From assembly GCF_018350175.1 (NCBI RefSeq), contig NC_058368.1:83144001-83208000 (forward strand): 64,000 nucleotides of DNA. The letters are read 5' to 3'. Below the pieces are notes generated by a model. That model did no database searches. It saw only the letters and a program-made list of their open reading frames with translations, and was not told the DNA's origin. The DNA is from Felis catus. Taxonomy: Eukaryota. Both the position numbers and the translations under genes were made by a program. This document shows, one piece after another, positions 63,976-64,000 of the stretch (the first letter of the stretch is position 1; every line of letters begins with the position of its first letter).

Positions 63976-64000
63976 TTTTTTTAATTTTCAAAATTTAGTT

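Noticed and set aside
1..64000. CRISPR arrays, operons or other prokaryote-type systems
   Set aside because: The sequence is mammalian and no regularly spaced repeat-spacer array is present.

Overview
AT-rich mammalian genomic DNA. The tRNA-derived Can-SINEs carry the 'ctgacagctcagagcctggagcctg' segment, which indicates a feliform carnivore, most likely a felid. The window is part of a class II olfactory receptor cluster made of three tandem, same-strand paralogous units: unit 1 about 1-10.2 kb, unit 2 about 19.97-35 kb, and unit 3 from about 39.4 kb to at least 62 kb. Each unit has a conserved upstream block ending in a GT splice donor (putative promoter plus non-coding exon 1), a long intron, a splice acceptor, and a single-exon OR2M-subfamily coding region. 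Two genes are intact (7402-8352, 44865-45812) and one is a pseudogene (31352-32256). The rest is mostly L1 fragments, about 25 Can-SINEs, MIR/L2/MaLR relics and microsatellites; nearly all other ORF-track entries are repeat-derived. I do not see a new biological system in the strict sense. Comparing the paralogues does reveal: an L1 with a 3' transduction and an internal deletion or splice; a twin-primed L1; parallel SINE insertions at the same paralogous site; a micro-inversion coupled to a 1.8 kb indel; a probable L1-associated deletion behind the pseudogene; gene-conversion tracts; and a testable hypothesis that these are felid thiol receptors. All alignments were done by eye, and repeat boundaries are approximate.
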